Of a stretch of 64,000 bases of DNA, positions 18,842-28,754 are shown piece after piece. This DNA comes from a virus. The stretch is taken from IMG/VR virus record IMGVR_UViG_3300006916_000041, positions 108,410 to 172,409 of that record; one strand, 5' to 3'. The position numbers were made by a program, and so were the translations under genes. Position 1 is the stretch's first letter, and each line of letters begins with the position of its first letter. The notes below the pieces were generated by a model. The model saw only the letters and a list, made by a program, of their open reading frames with translations. It had not been told where the DNA came from and did not search any database.

Positions 18842-19486
18842 ATGTTTTTAACAGATGACGCAAACACCCATATTAAAAAAGCTGTAATTCGTAGCCAACA
18901 TGTTCAAAGAAATTGGGATCTTGAAAAGGAGATGCCACAAGACGATGTTGATCTTCTGGTACATGCGGCAACTAATTGCCCAAGTAAGCAAAACTTTAGA
19001 TTTTATGATTTGCATGTTATTCAAGATAGAGATACAATTGAAAGAATTTATTCTCACACCAAAGGCTTAGGAATAACTAATCCCGAAACAGGCAAAGCAG
19101 AGTTCACAACCAATAGTCAAGTATTAGCTCATACTCTATTTGTATTTACAGACACTGTCAGATCTGAAAGATACGTTCAAAAATGGAAAGAAGATGATTT
19201 TGCGATGGACTTTAACTGGAAACGTGATCAAGACATGGCTGTAGGAATTGCAGCTGGTTATATCAATGTAATCGCAAGTCAATTAGGTTACGGTACAGGT
19301 TGTTGTGCATGTTTCGAGTCTGACAAAGTTGTTGAAGAATTAGGTTTAAGTTCTAGCGAAACTCATGTTATACTTATGATGGGTGTAGGAATTAAAGGCA
19401 GCGATAAAAATCGTAGAATTCACCAAGAAACTGGTGTAATGATGCCAACACACACCAAAGAACCTATTAATGTAACTTACATATAG
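18842..19486 (+). CDS. Nitroreductase-family flavoprotein (paralog of 15748..16386)
   Basis: HVQRNW, NCPSKQN, AVGIAAG, LGYGTGCC, MMGVG; AAGGAG RBS. Confidence 0.75.
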   Translation: MFLTDDANTHIKKAVIRSQHVQRNWDLEKEMPQDDVDLLVHAATNCPSKQNFRFYDLHVIQDRDTIERIYSHTKGLGITNPETGKAEFTTNSQVLAHTLFVFTDTVRSERYVQKWKEDDFAMDFNWKRDQDMAVGIAAGYINVIASQLGYGTGCCACFESDKVVEELGLSSSETHVILMMGVGIKGSDKNRRIHQETGVMMPTHTKEPINVTYI

Positions 19487-19490
19487 AAAG

Positions 19491-20687
19491 TTACTCAACA
19501 ACATAATTATATACATCTGGCTCTATCAGGGCCAGATCTACTTTTCTTACTTTTTTGTAATAATCTACGTATTCTTTTAGTAAGTATTTTTTATCTTGAT
19601 TTTTTCCAACAGATGCAATAAGTTCTTCAAAACTTAATCCGTCAAATGTTAACTTTATACTATTTGAAAACTCTTGTGCTTCGATCAAGTACTTTACAAA
19701 ACTTTCATCTAATACACTAATACTAAATGCCATCGGTTCGTATATCTGACTTAGTTGCACGCCTACAGATTTGTTAGGAAAATCCAGTTTCATCTGATGT
19801 ATATATTCTAAATAGTTTTTTAGTTTTGTTATACCCAAACTATTAACAGTTAAATGAAATTGAATTCTATCTACAGAACTTTGGAAAAATTTGTTTAAAT
19901 TGCTTTTAAAATTATTCCAATCGGATCCATATCTGATAGCCTCACTTGTTTGTCCTATAGATTCATTACTAACACTCAATTGAAAATAAAGATTAGTGTG
20001 TTTATATTTTTCTTTCAAACTGTTTATTTCTTGTACATATTTGTCTATCATATTTTTAGGAGTATTGCAATTAGTAAACACATTGAGTAAAAATGATGTT
20101 TTATGATCAGTTGTTAATTTAAAATATTCATCTACTAGGGGTGTCAGATGATTATTCTTAAATAAGTCATTGAAAAACGGCTCACCGCCAAGCAATATAA
20201 GTTCTACTCTATCTACATCTTTTGCTCGTTCAGCTGCCTGTCTTAATGCACGATAGATGTAATCCAACGATTGTTGCAAAGTTGCATTATTAGGCTCAGC
20301 TTCAAGAGAACTAAGATGCTTGTATTCATCTGGTGCATTTTTTGCTTCAGCTTCCCATACACTACTTAAATTACCATAGCAATATCCACAGGCTAAGTTA
20401 CACGTATTATCTAGTGTAATTTCTATTTTAAAAATTTTATTTTTTGTATGAACTTCATTACCTTGATCACGCCAAGACCTAATACCTTGTTGTTCTGCAT
20501 TTTCACACATAAAACATTCTTCTGGAAAATCGCCACTGTCTAAAATATTAACAACTTGCTTGTGCCTGTCTATATTTTCGATAGGCATTTTCATCTTAGC
20601 ACACTTTCCCAATTTCTTTTCGTTTAGTCTTAGATGTAATTCCGAATGAACTCGCTCACAAAATTTCATTACAAAGCTCGTTTTCAT
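19491..20687 (-). CDS. Radical SAM protein with N-terminal Cys (twitch-like) domain
   Basis: CNLACGYC, LGGEP, IRYG; N-terminal C...C...CFMC. Confidence 0.88.
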   Translation of the reverse strand: MKTSFVMKFCERVHSELHLRLNEKKLGKCAKMKMPIENIDRHKQVVNILDSGDFPEECFMCENAEQQGIRSWRDQGNEVHTKNKIFKIEITLDNTCNLACGYCYGNLSSVWEAEAKNAPDEYKHLSSLEAEPNNATLQQSLDYIYRALRQAAERAKDVDRVELILLGGEPFFNDLFKNNHLTPLVDEYFKLTTDHKTSFLLNVFTNCNTPKNMIDKYVQEINSLKEKYKHTNLYFQLSVSNESIGQTSEAIRYGSDWNNFKSNLNKFFQSSVDRIQFHLTVNSLGITKLKNYLEYIHQMKLDFPNKSVGVQLSQIYEPMAFSISVLDESFVKYLIEAQEFSNSIKLTFDGLSFEELIASVGKNQDKKYLLKEYVDYYKKVRKVDLALIEPDVYNYVVE

Positions 20688-21447
20688 GGTTGTGAATAGT
20701 TATAGTACCAAAGCCGACGATTGCTCTTTTATATTCGTTTGCTTTTTCATAACTAGCAGGTATAAACTTACTGCTTAAAAACCAGCTGCTACTGTGCCAT
20801 CTTGCAGGATCAAACAACATCATTGTACCTAATTTCCATTCATAAGCACTGTGTACTTTAAGTTCTGCAAACTCTGTCAGATATCCACTAGCAATTGGAT
20901 GATACTTTAAAACTTCAGGATCATAATGCCAAAACTTCCAATCGTTGCCTCTATAATGAACAACATCTTCTAAATTTTTCACATGACGCATTTCTCCATG
21001 TTTATAAATTAACTTACTGCCAGTAGTTTCCATTCTATCATAGTTCACAGTGTACGGAACACATCCTTTTGTGTTCCATTCCAGTGGGATAATAATACCT
21101 GCTGCAATTTTAATTGTGTGTGAATCTCTAGTGTCGGGTTCTTGAGGATGTGCGTATGTCTCAGATACATAATCAGTGTGCAACCCTGCTGGTTCTCCAC
21201 TGTGGAAATATTCCCAAGTCCAATCCATGCGGATCCCCATGCGAGAATCTAAAATGTTATTCAACTCTTCTATTCGCGATTTGTCTGGAATTTTAGCAAA
21301 TCTATTCAGATCATTGGCGCCTCTGATTTTGCAATCGCCTGTTTTAATCGCATCTTCTAAAGCTCGCTTGTGCCATTCAATATCTATATCAATTAGATGA
21401 CTGCCTGGTCCTATTTTACTGTCTGGATATACATAAAGTTTTTCCAT
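20656..21447 (-). CDS. Putative 2OG-Fe(II) oxygenase
   Basis: LHTD...IIIPL...FDPARWHSS...KR, consistent with an HxD...H facial triad. Confidence 0.6.
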   Translation of the reverse strand: MEKLYVYPDSKIGPGSHLIDIDIEWHKRALEDAIKTGDCKIRGANDLNRFAKIPDKSRIEELNNILDSRMGIRMDWTWEYFHSGEPAGLHTDYVSETYAHPQEPDTRDSHTIKIAAGIIIPLEWNTKGCVPYTVNYDRMETTGSKLIYKHGEMRHVKNLEDVVHYRGNDWKFWHYDPEVLKYHPIASGYLTEFAELKVHSAYEWKLGTMMLFDPARWHSSSWFLSSKFIPASYEKANEYKRAIVGFGTITIHNHENELCNEIL

Positions 21448-22719
21448 TTAACTATCCTTTTGTTTTATGTAGCAAGATTTTGTAAAAAATTTAGGCTGAT
21501 TTAAATTTACACTATCTGCAAATACTAATGTATCTTTTTTAAGTTGCGAAACAACAAGATCTTGTCGAGCTGATCTATAGTCTTTACTGTATAATATACT
21601 AGATGGTTTATAATGAAAAATATTACTTAACCATAGTAGATCACACGACCCTTGACAAAAATCTGCAAAGCAACTTACATCATCTTTCATTATATCTATA
21701 TTTAAGAATTTTACAGTTACGCAAGTTCGAAATTCATTGAACCATTCGGCGAACTGTTGTTCACTTCCCCAAAACTGTACAAAATTATCCCAGGTATCAA
21801 AGTCATCAGCTACAACATCAAAGTCAGTATTTTGACTAATAAATTCGGGATAATTAGTGCCATCCCAATCTTTATAAATTTTTTCCATCATGTGTAAACT
21901 ATACTTGTCCCAATCAAAAAATAACAAATTGATCGTGTCGCTGTATCCACAATGTTTAATAACTTTCAAATGATTTAATCCTGCACTCACACTAGCAAAA
22001 TTGTCCAGCGGAGCATCGGGTAAATTTTCAAATTTTATACGCTCAGTGTTAAACATGTAATACTTTTGTTTAAAATTAAAATCTAATATATCTTGCATAT
22101 TGTCGTCATCTTCATACGGATAAGCATACATTTTACTGCGTCTTATTTTATCGTTAAAACTTTTTATTGTATATCCAGCATCTAAAAATGATTTTATGAA
22201 ATTATATCCTTGTTTTAAGTTTTTATATGTTTTTACTTTTTCTCCTGGAGCTATCCAAAACGGTGTATAGTTGTCATGATGATTGTCAGTTGATCTAACT
22301 GGAACTTCACAAGTTAGTTCGTCAGCCCAATGCCCGTATGTTGGACAACCTATTTGTCGCCACACATCTGCATTAAAATAAAAACATTGATTATGAAGTT
22401 CGTAATATCTTTCTTTTTTATCTAATATATGACCAACCAACACATCGTCGTCGGTGATATTTTCTACTAGCTTTTGAATAAACTGACCTGCTACTTCTAG
22501 ATCATTTCCAATATCAATTATTACAACATGCTTGTGAGTACTCCAATTTTCTACAAAATCTAGTGCAGATTCCATATATGTGAATGTCTTTGTTTTTGCA
22601 TATATGCCTATCTCTTTTTCCCAGTATTGCAAAAGATTCAAGCAATATGTTTCTGTATCTTTGTTTTTAATATACTCGGTATTATCTAGGAATATGAATA
22701 AATAATCATTAAGTAGCAT
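21448..22719 (-). CDS. Hypothetical protein, paralog of 8934..10067
   Basis: 423 aa; VSAG...FFD...DWDGTNY, WLSNIF. Confidence 0.75.
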   Translation of the reverse strand: MLLNDYLFIFLDNTEYIKNKDTETYCLNLLQYWEKEIGIYAKTKTFTYMESALDFVENWSTHKHVVIIDIGNDLEVAGQFIQKLVENITDDDVLVGHILDKKERYYELHNQCFYFNADVWRQIGCPTYGHWADELTCEVPVRSTDNHHDNYTPFWIAPGEKVKTYKNLKQGYNFIKSFLDAGYTIKSFNDKIRRSKMYAYPYEDDDNMQDILDFNFKQKYYMFNTERIKFENLPDAPLDNFASVSAGLNHLKVIKHCGYSDTINLLFFDWDKYSLHMMEKIYKDWDGTNYPEFISQNTDFDVVADDFDTWDNFVQFWGSEQQFAEWFNEFRTCVTVKFLNIDIMKDDVSCFADFCQGSCDLLWLSNIFHYKPSSILYSKDYRSARQDLVVSQLKKDTLVFADSVNLNQPKFFTKSCYIKQKDS

Positions 22720-22724
22720 GTTAA

Positions 22725-22732
22725 TATTTATA
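22725..22732 (-). promoter_or_regulatory. Late promoter TATAAATA, 5 nt before ATG
   Basis: TATAAATA-ttaac-ATG on the minus strand. Confidence 0.6.
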
Positions 22733-22742
22733 TAGGAAAAAT

Positions 22743-23420
22743 ATGAAAGAGTTTATAGAAGAATTCAACTATCCTGCGATCATTGAAAAAGACAACAGCA
22801 TCACTGATGTAAAACAATTAACAAGAACAAACAATATTCCGTTTTTACCTATAACTGGATTTGAAAACGCAGACTGGGAAGCGATGTACAGAGAAGCAAA
22901 AAACTTGTCTAAGTTGTATGTACATCACAGATCAGGAGATAGCGAAGGCTGGCAGAGTTTGTGCATACACGGTCTGAGTAGTGTACACACTGACCATCAT
23001 CCATATTATGGATTTCCGGATAGAGAAACTGCTCCTTATCGCTGGACCGACATAGCAGATTGGTGTCCTACAATAACTAAATTTTTCAAACAAACATTTG
23101 ACTACACCGAGTATGCAAGAATAAGAATTATGAAATTATGTGCAGGAGGATATATTGCACCTCATCGTGATGTTGAAGACATAAATGAGGCACGATTAGG
23201 TCCGATAAACATCGCACTCAATAACCCAGAGCAGTGCAAGTTTTACATGAAAGACGTAGGCTATCTTCCATTCGAACAAGGAAGTGTTATAAAACTTAAC
23301 TTATTCAATAAACATTGTGTATACAATGACAGCGATGAAGATAGATATCACTTGATAGCGCACGGCAAAGCAGGATCATCTTGGCGTGATCGTATTTGGA
23401 ACAGCTACTTACAATTGTAA
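22743..23420 (+). CDS. 2OG-Fe(II) oxygenase, aspartyl/asparaginyl beta-hydroxylase-like
   Basis: RIRIMKL-x-AGGYIAPHRD, NIALNNP, HCVYN-x4-DRYHLI. Confidence 0.8.
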   Translation: MKEFIEEFNYPAIIEKDNSITDVKQLTRTNNIPFLPITGFENADWEAMYREAKNLSKLYVHHRSGDSEGWQSLCIHGLSSVHTDHHPYYGFPDRETAPYRWTDIADWCPTITKFFKQTFDYTEYARIRIMKLCAGGYIAPHRDVEDINEARLGPINIALNNPEQCKFYMKDVGYLPFEQGSVIKLNLFNKHCVYNDSDEDRYHLIAHGKAGSSWRDRIWNSYLQL

Positions 23421-24562
23421 ATATTCAATGGTGTTTTTACCTAATACCTGTTTAGGCATTTGACGTTGTTCTAAAAACCATTTAACACTGCTTTTAGTTT
23501 TATCAATTAAATGCTGTTGATTGAGATCTTTATAATTATCTAGTACATATTCTATTGTAGTACAAGAATGTCTGTCGTTATTATTAAGTTTTTAAGTGTA
23601 TCATACAATATAGACTCAGGCAATACTTTAAAGTCTAATTCGCTTCCTATAGGTTTTAAATCAAAATTAAAACTATAACTAGGAAACTGTTCGAATACTT
23701 GTATTATATCAGGCAAGTATTCAAAATTAAAAACAGTAACTAAATTATCTACATTTACAAATGAACTTTCGGGTTTGTTGTCTAATAGATATTGTGTATT
23801 TTTTAATGCTTTATCCCAGTTGTGTGGCCATCTAATAAAGTTATAGTTTTCGTTTATACTATCCAGACTAACAGTTACATTACTAGACTTCACTTTGTGT
23901 AAATTATCAATTATTTTTTTATTCATAACAGTAGCGTTAGTAGTAAACGTAAGTCCCATATCGTTACATGCACCGCTGTCAATGACTTTTCCTATTTCAT
24001 TCCAGTTTTCCGCTAGCAATGGCTCTCCACCAATTACTTTGAGTGTACCTACACGTCTATTGGCTATAAAGTCACTCACAACACGAGCTACGTCTACAGG
24101 CTTACCGTTTACTTCAGGACTATGACCCCACTTGCCTGGAAGTATTGTTTTGTCTGTAACGTTGCTTGTAATTTTTTCAATTAAACTACTGACTGTAGGA
24201 CTGCAAAATGGACATGCAAGATTACATGTATTACCTACTACTACATCTAATATATGATAATCCACTGCGTCATTTTTCTTCCAATGATACATAGGATTTA
24301 CACCTCCGCTACGTTCAGCAGTCTCGCACGGAACACACGCAGGATGAAAAGTTGTGTGCGTATTTTGCCAATCTATAAAATGATGCCTATTGTCGTGGTT
24401 TTCTAAATCTTCCCAACTGTTGCATTCTACCCACTGCTGATATTTTCTATCTATATTAAATCCATGCATATGACAACAAGGTCTTGATTTAAAATAAAGT
24501 TTATCGTTCTTTGTGGTAAACTCTACTCGCAGTGCCTTAGAAATCCACTCGCAGTTAACCAT
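23409..24562 (-). CDS. Radical SAM protein with N-terminal twitch-like domain; apparent frameshift near 23589-23593
   Basis: PCC...CVPC, CNLACPFC, IGGEP, IRWP; first frame stops at 23552, the shifted frame continues ~60 codons to TAA 23409. Confidence 0.8.
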
Positions 24563-25898
24563 TAAACAAATCCTTGTATTGAGGAACAATATCTAGAATA
24601 TTTTGATTACGTATTTTGTCTAATTTTACAGTGTAACGAATAAATTCATCTAACCATTCTTCACTGTAATCTTCACTGAGCATAAACTTTTCCACACCAT
24701 CCAATAACTTAACAAAATTATTTTTAATATGGTCATTGTAATCAGTTGTTTGAATCCACTGCCTAAATGTATCATAGTGTGCAACAACCTGTTGTTTTAA
24801 TTGAGGAGGTAATACTTTTACATTGTAATATTTTGGACTGTGGCACATGTGATGTGTCACAATTGGTCTTGGACCAGTAACTGGATTATAACTGTCTAAT
24901 CCACTTTCTTCTAGTTTCCAGCGCATAAATTCAGGAAAATGAAATACGTTATATGGTGTAACTGTAAATGCGTACCATGCTTTTAAATTAACATCAGCTT
25001 GTTCTAAACGTTGCATATTTCTATAAACTGCTTGCCATTTTGCAGGAGTGCGCTGATAATCAAACACAGCACCAAATCCATCGATGCTAACGCCAATACG
25101 CACTTGTTTAAACTGTTCCCACAAATGAATGAGTTTGTCAGGCACCATTGTTAAATTGGTATTATATTCTAACCTAACTTTATTTGCACGACCACTAGCA
25201 ACCAAACGTTCTAAACTTTCTGTGTGTTCATCAATAATAAGAGGCTCTCCGCCTACAATATATATTTTTTTACTGTAAGGAGCATATTTTTCAAAGTTAT
25301 CCCAATACACATTGTTTTGCTGAAACCAATCATATTGATCTGTACTCCAACGACCTTTTGCATTTTTGACAAGTTGTATTTTCTCATGTGTATCCTTGTA
25401 GTGTGTTCTGTCATGTAATTTTACATAATCATCATACCAAGTATGACTGTCAGTAGGGCCGCACATTCTACATTTGAGATTGCAAAAGTTTCCATATCTG
25501 ATGTCAATAAATTCTATATCTTGTTTGCTTGTGTCTATTGTACCGTCTTGGTCTGTGAAACTTTGTACTTTTTCTAAACTCAAATCTCCAAACCATTTAC
25601 CCCAGTCTTCGTTTTCATATTCACGTCGACTGCGTATACCATTTAGTTCTTCTTGTCTACAGCGTTCACATTCTGGATGCCATTCGCCTTTCATCATTGA
25701 CTGACGAACTTGTTTTAGTAAAGGAGCATTACGAGCTTTGTTCCAATCATCTTTGCCAGCATTGTATGTTTCACCTGTTTCTTTTTTCATAATGCCACGC
25801 TGAGGACTATAGCTGTTTGTGTTACAACAGATACGCAAATCCCCATTGTTTCTCAGATTAATACTGTTCCAAGGTAGTGGACAAAATGTACAACTCAT
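24555..25898 (-). CDS. Radical SAM protein with N-terminal twitch-like domain
   Basis: FCPLPW, ICC, ECERC, CNLKCRMC, VGGEP, YNTN. Confidence 0.92.
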   Translation of the reverse strand: MSCTFCPLPWNSINLRNNGDLRICCNTNSYSPQRGIMKKETGETYNAGKDDWNKARNAPLLKQVRQSMMKGEWHPECERCRQEELNGIRSRREYENEDWGKWFGDLSLEKVQSFTDQDGTIDTSKQDIEFIDIRYGNFCNLKCRMCGPTDSHTWYDDYVKLHDRTHYKDTHEKIQLVKNAKGRWSTDQYDWFQQNNVYWDNFEKYAPYSKKIYIVGGEPLIIDEHTESLERLVASGRANKVRLEYNTNLTMVPDKLIHLWEQFKQVRIGVSIDGFGAVFDYQRTPAKWQAVYRNMQRLEQADVNLKAWYAFTVTPYNVFHFPEFMRWKLEESGLDSYNPVTGPRPIVTHHMCHSPKYYNVKVLPPQLKQQVVAHYDTFRQWIQTTDYNDHIKNNFVKLLDGVEKFMLSEDYSEEWLDEFIRYTVKLDKIRNQNILDIVPQYKDLFNG

Positions 25899-27364
25899 TG
25901 GTTTTTCCTTGTATTAATATCTTCTTCAGCTCTTTTGACAGAAATAAGATCATCTCTTTTAGGTCTTGCATAATATTGTTCGTTTAAATCATCTACAAGT
26001 TTTCTAACTTCGTATAATCTTCGTTCTCTTACTTCCAATGAATTATCTTTCCATGTCCAGTCTATATGATCATTATAATGTGTGATGCCGTCTTTAAATT
26101 TTTTGTAAGCCACCATACCCGATCCTAAATGCATTATATTACCAAAACTAAATGATATGTACTCTGCATGTCCTCTTTCAAATAGCTTGCGTACAGTGTC
26201 TAATGTGTGCTGATGATGTTGTTCTGTTTCAGTTACATATCCTACAATCATTAAAAAGGTTTGATGAATTTCTAAATCTTTCAGTGTATCGAAACAAAAC
26301 CACATATCCTCGTCAGTAAATTTTTTACCCATTTCCCATCTAATATCTTCACAAAAACTTTCAACACCTATTTCTAGTCTTCCACATCCGCTAGCTTTCA
26401 TTAACACATAATCATCGTAAGTCATTTGGTGTTGACTTCTCACAATCCATTGACTACTCCACTCAATCTTCTCTTCATTTTTTTCATTATAATCTTTTAA
26501 AATATTGCATAAACTTCTAAAATGTTTCATGCTACCATTTATTAAACTGTCAGTAAAAAGAAACATATTTCTGTTATATTTTTCTGCACAATATATTATT
26601 TCATTGGCAATACTTTCTCCTGATCTAAAAATATACTTGGGCCAAATTTCATATACATTACAAAAATCACAGCGTTTAACGCATCCTCTACTACCAGTTA
26701 CATATATAGGTTTATAATCCACCGGAGGATTGTATATATCCCATTTAATATCGCTGTAATCTGGTAACGGAATACTTTCTAAATTTTCAAAAGGAACTTT
26801 GTATTTTTTTGTTTCAGATGTTTTGTATGTGTTTATTAGTTCAATGATAGCTTTTTCTCCATCACCTTCTACATAAAAGTCAACGAACTCATCATATTGT
26901 CCATAGAGTCTGATGATCCTCTCCATGTATCTTGGCAAGATACCAGTGCCTCCCCATACAATTATTATATCAGGATCGGCTTGTTTTATTAGTTTACTTA
27001 GATATATCGAACTACAATGACTGTATTCAGATAACAAACTTAATCCTACAAATTTTGGTTTTAATTCCAAAATTTCTTTAACTTTTTGTTTCCAAAATTC
27101 CTCGGATATTGGTACAAGTGTTTCAACAAACTTGGGATATCTATCTAAGAAAAATGCACTATCATCTTTCTCATAATAATGATACCCGAGCTCGCCTTCT
27201 AAGTTGTTTAGCCAGTTAAAAAACTCTATGTTTAAATCAATTATCAATGAACTAATATTGTGTTCATTCAAAACTGTTTTTAATAGTGCAGGTCCAACAC
27301 TGGGTGCTTCTACACTCATTTTAGGCATTGATAAAAAGACAAAATCAATCTCCGAGTTGCTCAT
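25895..27364 (-). CDS. Cobalamin-dependent (class B) radical SAM enzyme
   Basis: B12-binding domain (FVGLS, IVWGG, GDGE), SRGCVKRCDFC, IGVES, IVGYVTET. Confidence 0.88.
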   Translation of the reverse strand: MSNSEIDFVFLSMPKMSVEAPSVGPALLKTVLNEHNISSLIIDLNIEFFNWLNNLEGELGYHYYEKDDSAFFLDRYPKFVETLVPISEEFWKQKVKEILELKPKFVGLSLLSEYSHCSSIYLSKLIKQADPDIIIVWGGTGILPRYMERIIRLYGQYDEFVDFYVEGDGEKAIIELINTYKTSETKKYKVPFENLESIPLPDYSDIKWDIYNPPVDYKPIYVTGSRGCVKRCDFCNVYEIWPKYIFRSGESIANEIIYCAEKYNRNMFLFTDSLINGSMKHFRSLCNILKDYNEKNEEKIEWSSQWIVRSQHQMTYDDYVLMKASGCGRLEIGVESFCEDIRWEMGKKFTDEDMWFCFDTLKDLEIHQTFLMIVGYVTETEQHHQHTLDTVRKLFERGHAEYISFSFGNIMHLGSGMVAYKKFKDGITHYNDHIDWTWKDNSLEVRERRLYEVRKLVDDLNEQYYARPKRDDLISVKRAEEDINTRKNQ

Positions 27365-28754
27365 CAAAAATGTCCTTCATTTCTGGAAATGTTGCACTGA
27401 AACTATTGTTACGCTGGCGATCACACAGTGCTAAAAACTCTTGCATTTCTGGTAAACGTACACTCCAGTCTTCGCTTTCCATAAAACTTAGCATGCCTTC
27501 TAAACGTTTGATTCCATATTCAGCATTTCTCCAGGTATCGTAATCTACTTTGCCTTTGTGCCAACTAGGTATACTTAATTCCCAATTGTCTTCCCACCAT
27601 GGATAAAACTGTTCGTATTTTTCTCTACACTTTGCTTTAAACCAGTCTGGCAATACTTTTACATTTAAATGTGCTGGATGATAAACAAAGTGATAGTTAA
27701 TACCACCTGCACCAAATGGCCACATATTAATCTTGTTAAACTTTTGTTCTAATTTCCATTTAATGAAATCAGGCAAGTAATAAATGTTTAAGGCTTGTAC
27801 TGCACAAGCAACTGTGATTTCTACATTGTTACTAGTTTCTTTATCTAGTATGTGGAACACTTCTTCAGTGCGCTTCCATTCACTTGGATAACGTATATAA
27901 TCATTCATAGCATGTATGCTGTCTACACTATAGTGAAAACGTACAAGTTTGAATTCTCGCCATAGATCAAATAAATCCTCTCTCCATTCAACTCCATTTG
28001 AGTTGTAACGTAGTTCGAGATTTTTTGCGTGACCTTGACGTATACATTCTTCAAGTATTTTATAATGCTCCTCAATAATTAAACTTTCTCCTCCAGCAAA
28101 ATAAATTTGCTGCATGTTTGGAATTTGTTCATAAAACTGTTGCCAAAACGTGGGATTTTGTTTGTGCCAATTATAACTACTCCCGTTAATACTTCCTTTA
28201 TCACGCCACATTGTATTTTCTTTTAGCGTTTCATTTTGTATTTGAGGATGTATAGCACTCCAGTCTTTAACCCAACCTGAACTATCGTGTGGGCTACACA
28301 TCACACAAGCTAACTGACACTTTGTTCCAAAACGTAAATCAATATAAGTTAATTCAGGCGGAACTTCTCCGTCATCTGTGGTATTTTCTAATAAACGGTC
28401 AACATCAACACGCCGACTCCAATATCTTGTTTCCCACATACGTTTACTGTTGTGTCCAGCAGCTTCTTCTTTAAAACATTTAGCACAACTAGGAGGGATC
28501 TCACCATTGATCATCTGCTTGCGCACATTGCGCATGTATTTGCTGTTCCATGCTGTTTGAAAATCTGTTACATTTAAATTGTTGGGCTTGCCTTCATCGT
28601 CTTTGAGTACGCCAACCATACCTCCGTGTTGTTTATCATTTGTAGGACCCACACTACTAGCATTAGCCGTACAACATACTCTCATACTTCCGTCGGGTCG
28701 GGTGCTTAAATGTACCCATGGTAAGATACAAAATGTGTCACTTGGTTTTGTCAT
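27345..28754 (-). CDS. Radical SAM protein with N-terminal twitch-like domain
   Basis: FCILPW, VCC, SCAKC, CQLACVMC, AGGE, YNSN. Confidence 0.92.
   Translation of the reverse strand: MTKPSDTFCILPWVHLSTRPDGSMRVCCTANASSVGPTNDKQHGGMVGVLKDDEGKPNNLNVTDFQTAWNSKYMRNVRKQMINGEIPPSCAKCFKEEAAGHNSKRMWETRYWSRRVDVDRLLENTTDDGEVPPELTYIDLRFGTKCQLACVMCSPHDSSGWVKDWSAIHPQIQNETLKENTMWRDKGSINGSSYNWHKQNPTFWQQFYEQIPNMQQIYFAGGESLIIEEHYKILEECIRQGHAKNLELRYNSNGVEWREDLFDLWREFKLVRFHYSVDSIHAMNDYIRYPSEWKRTEEVFHILDKETSNNVEITVACAVQALNIYYLPDFIKWKLEQKFNKINMWPFGAGGINYHFVYHPAHLNVKVLPDWFKAKCREKYEQFYPWWEDNWELSIPSWHKGKVDYDTWRNAEYGIKRLEGMLSFMESEDWSVRLPEMQEFLALCDRQRNNSFSATFPEMKDIFDEQLGD

Noticed and set aside
23552-23554. Stop-codon recoding (TAG readthrough or selenocysteine)
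   Set aside because: Long genes are intact under the standard code and use TAA, TAG and TGA as stops; this truncation is rescued by a frameshift, not readthrough
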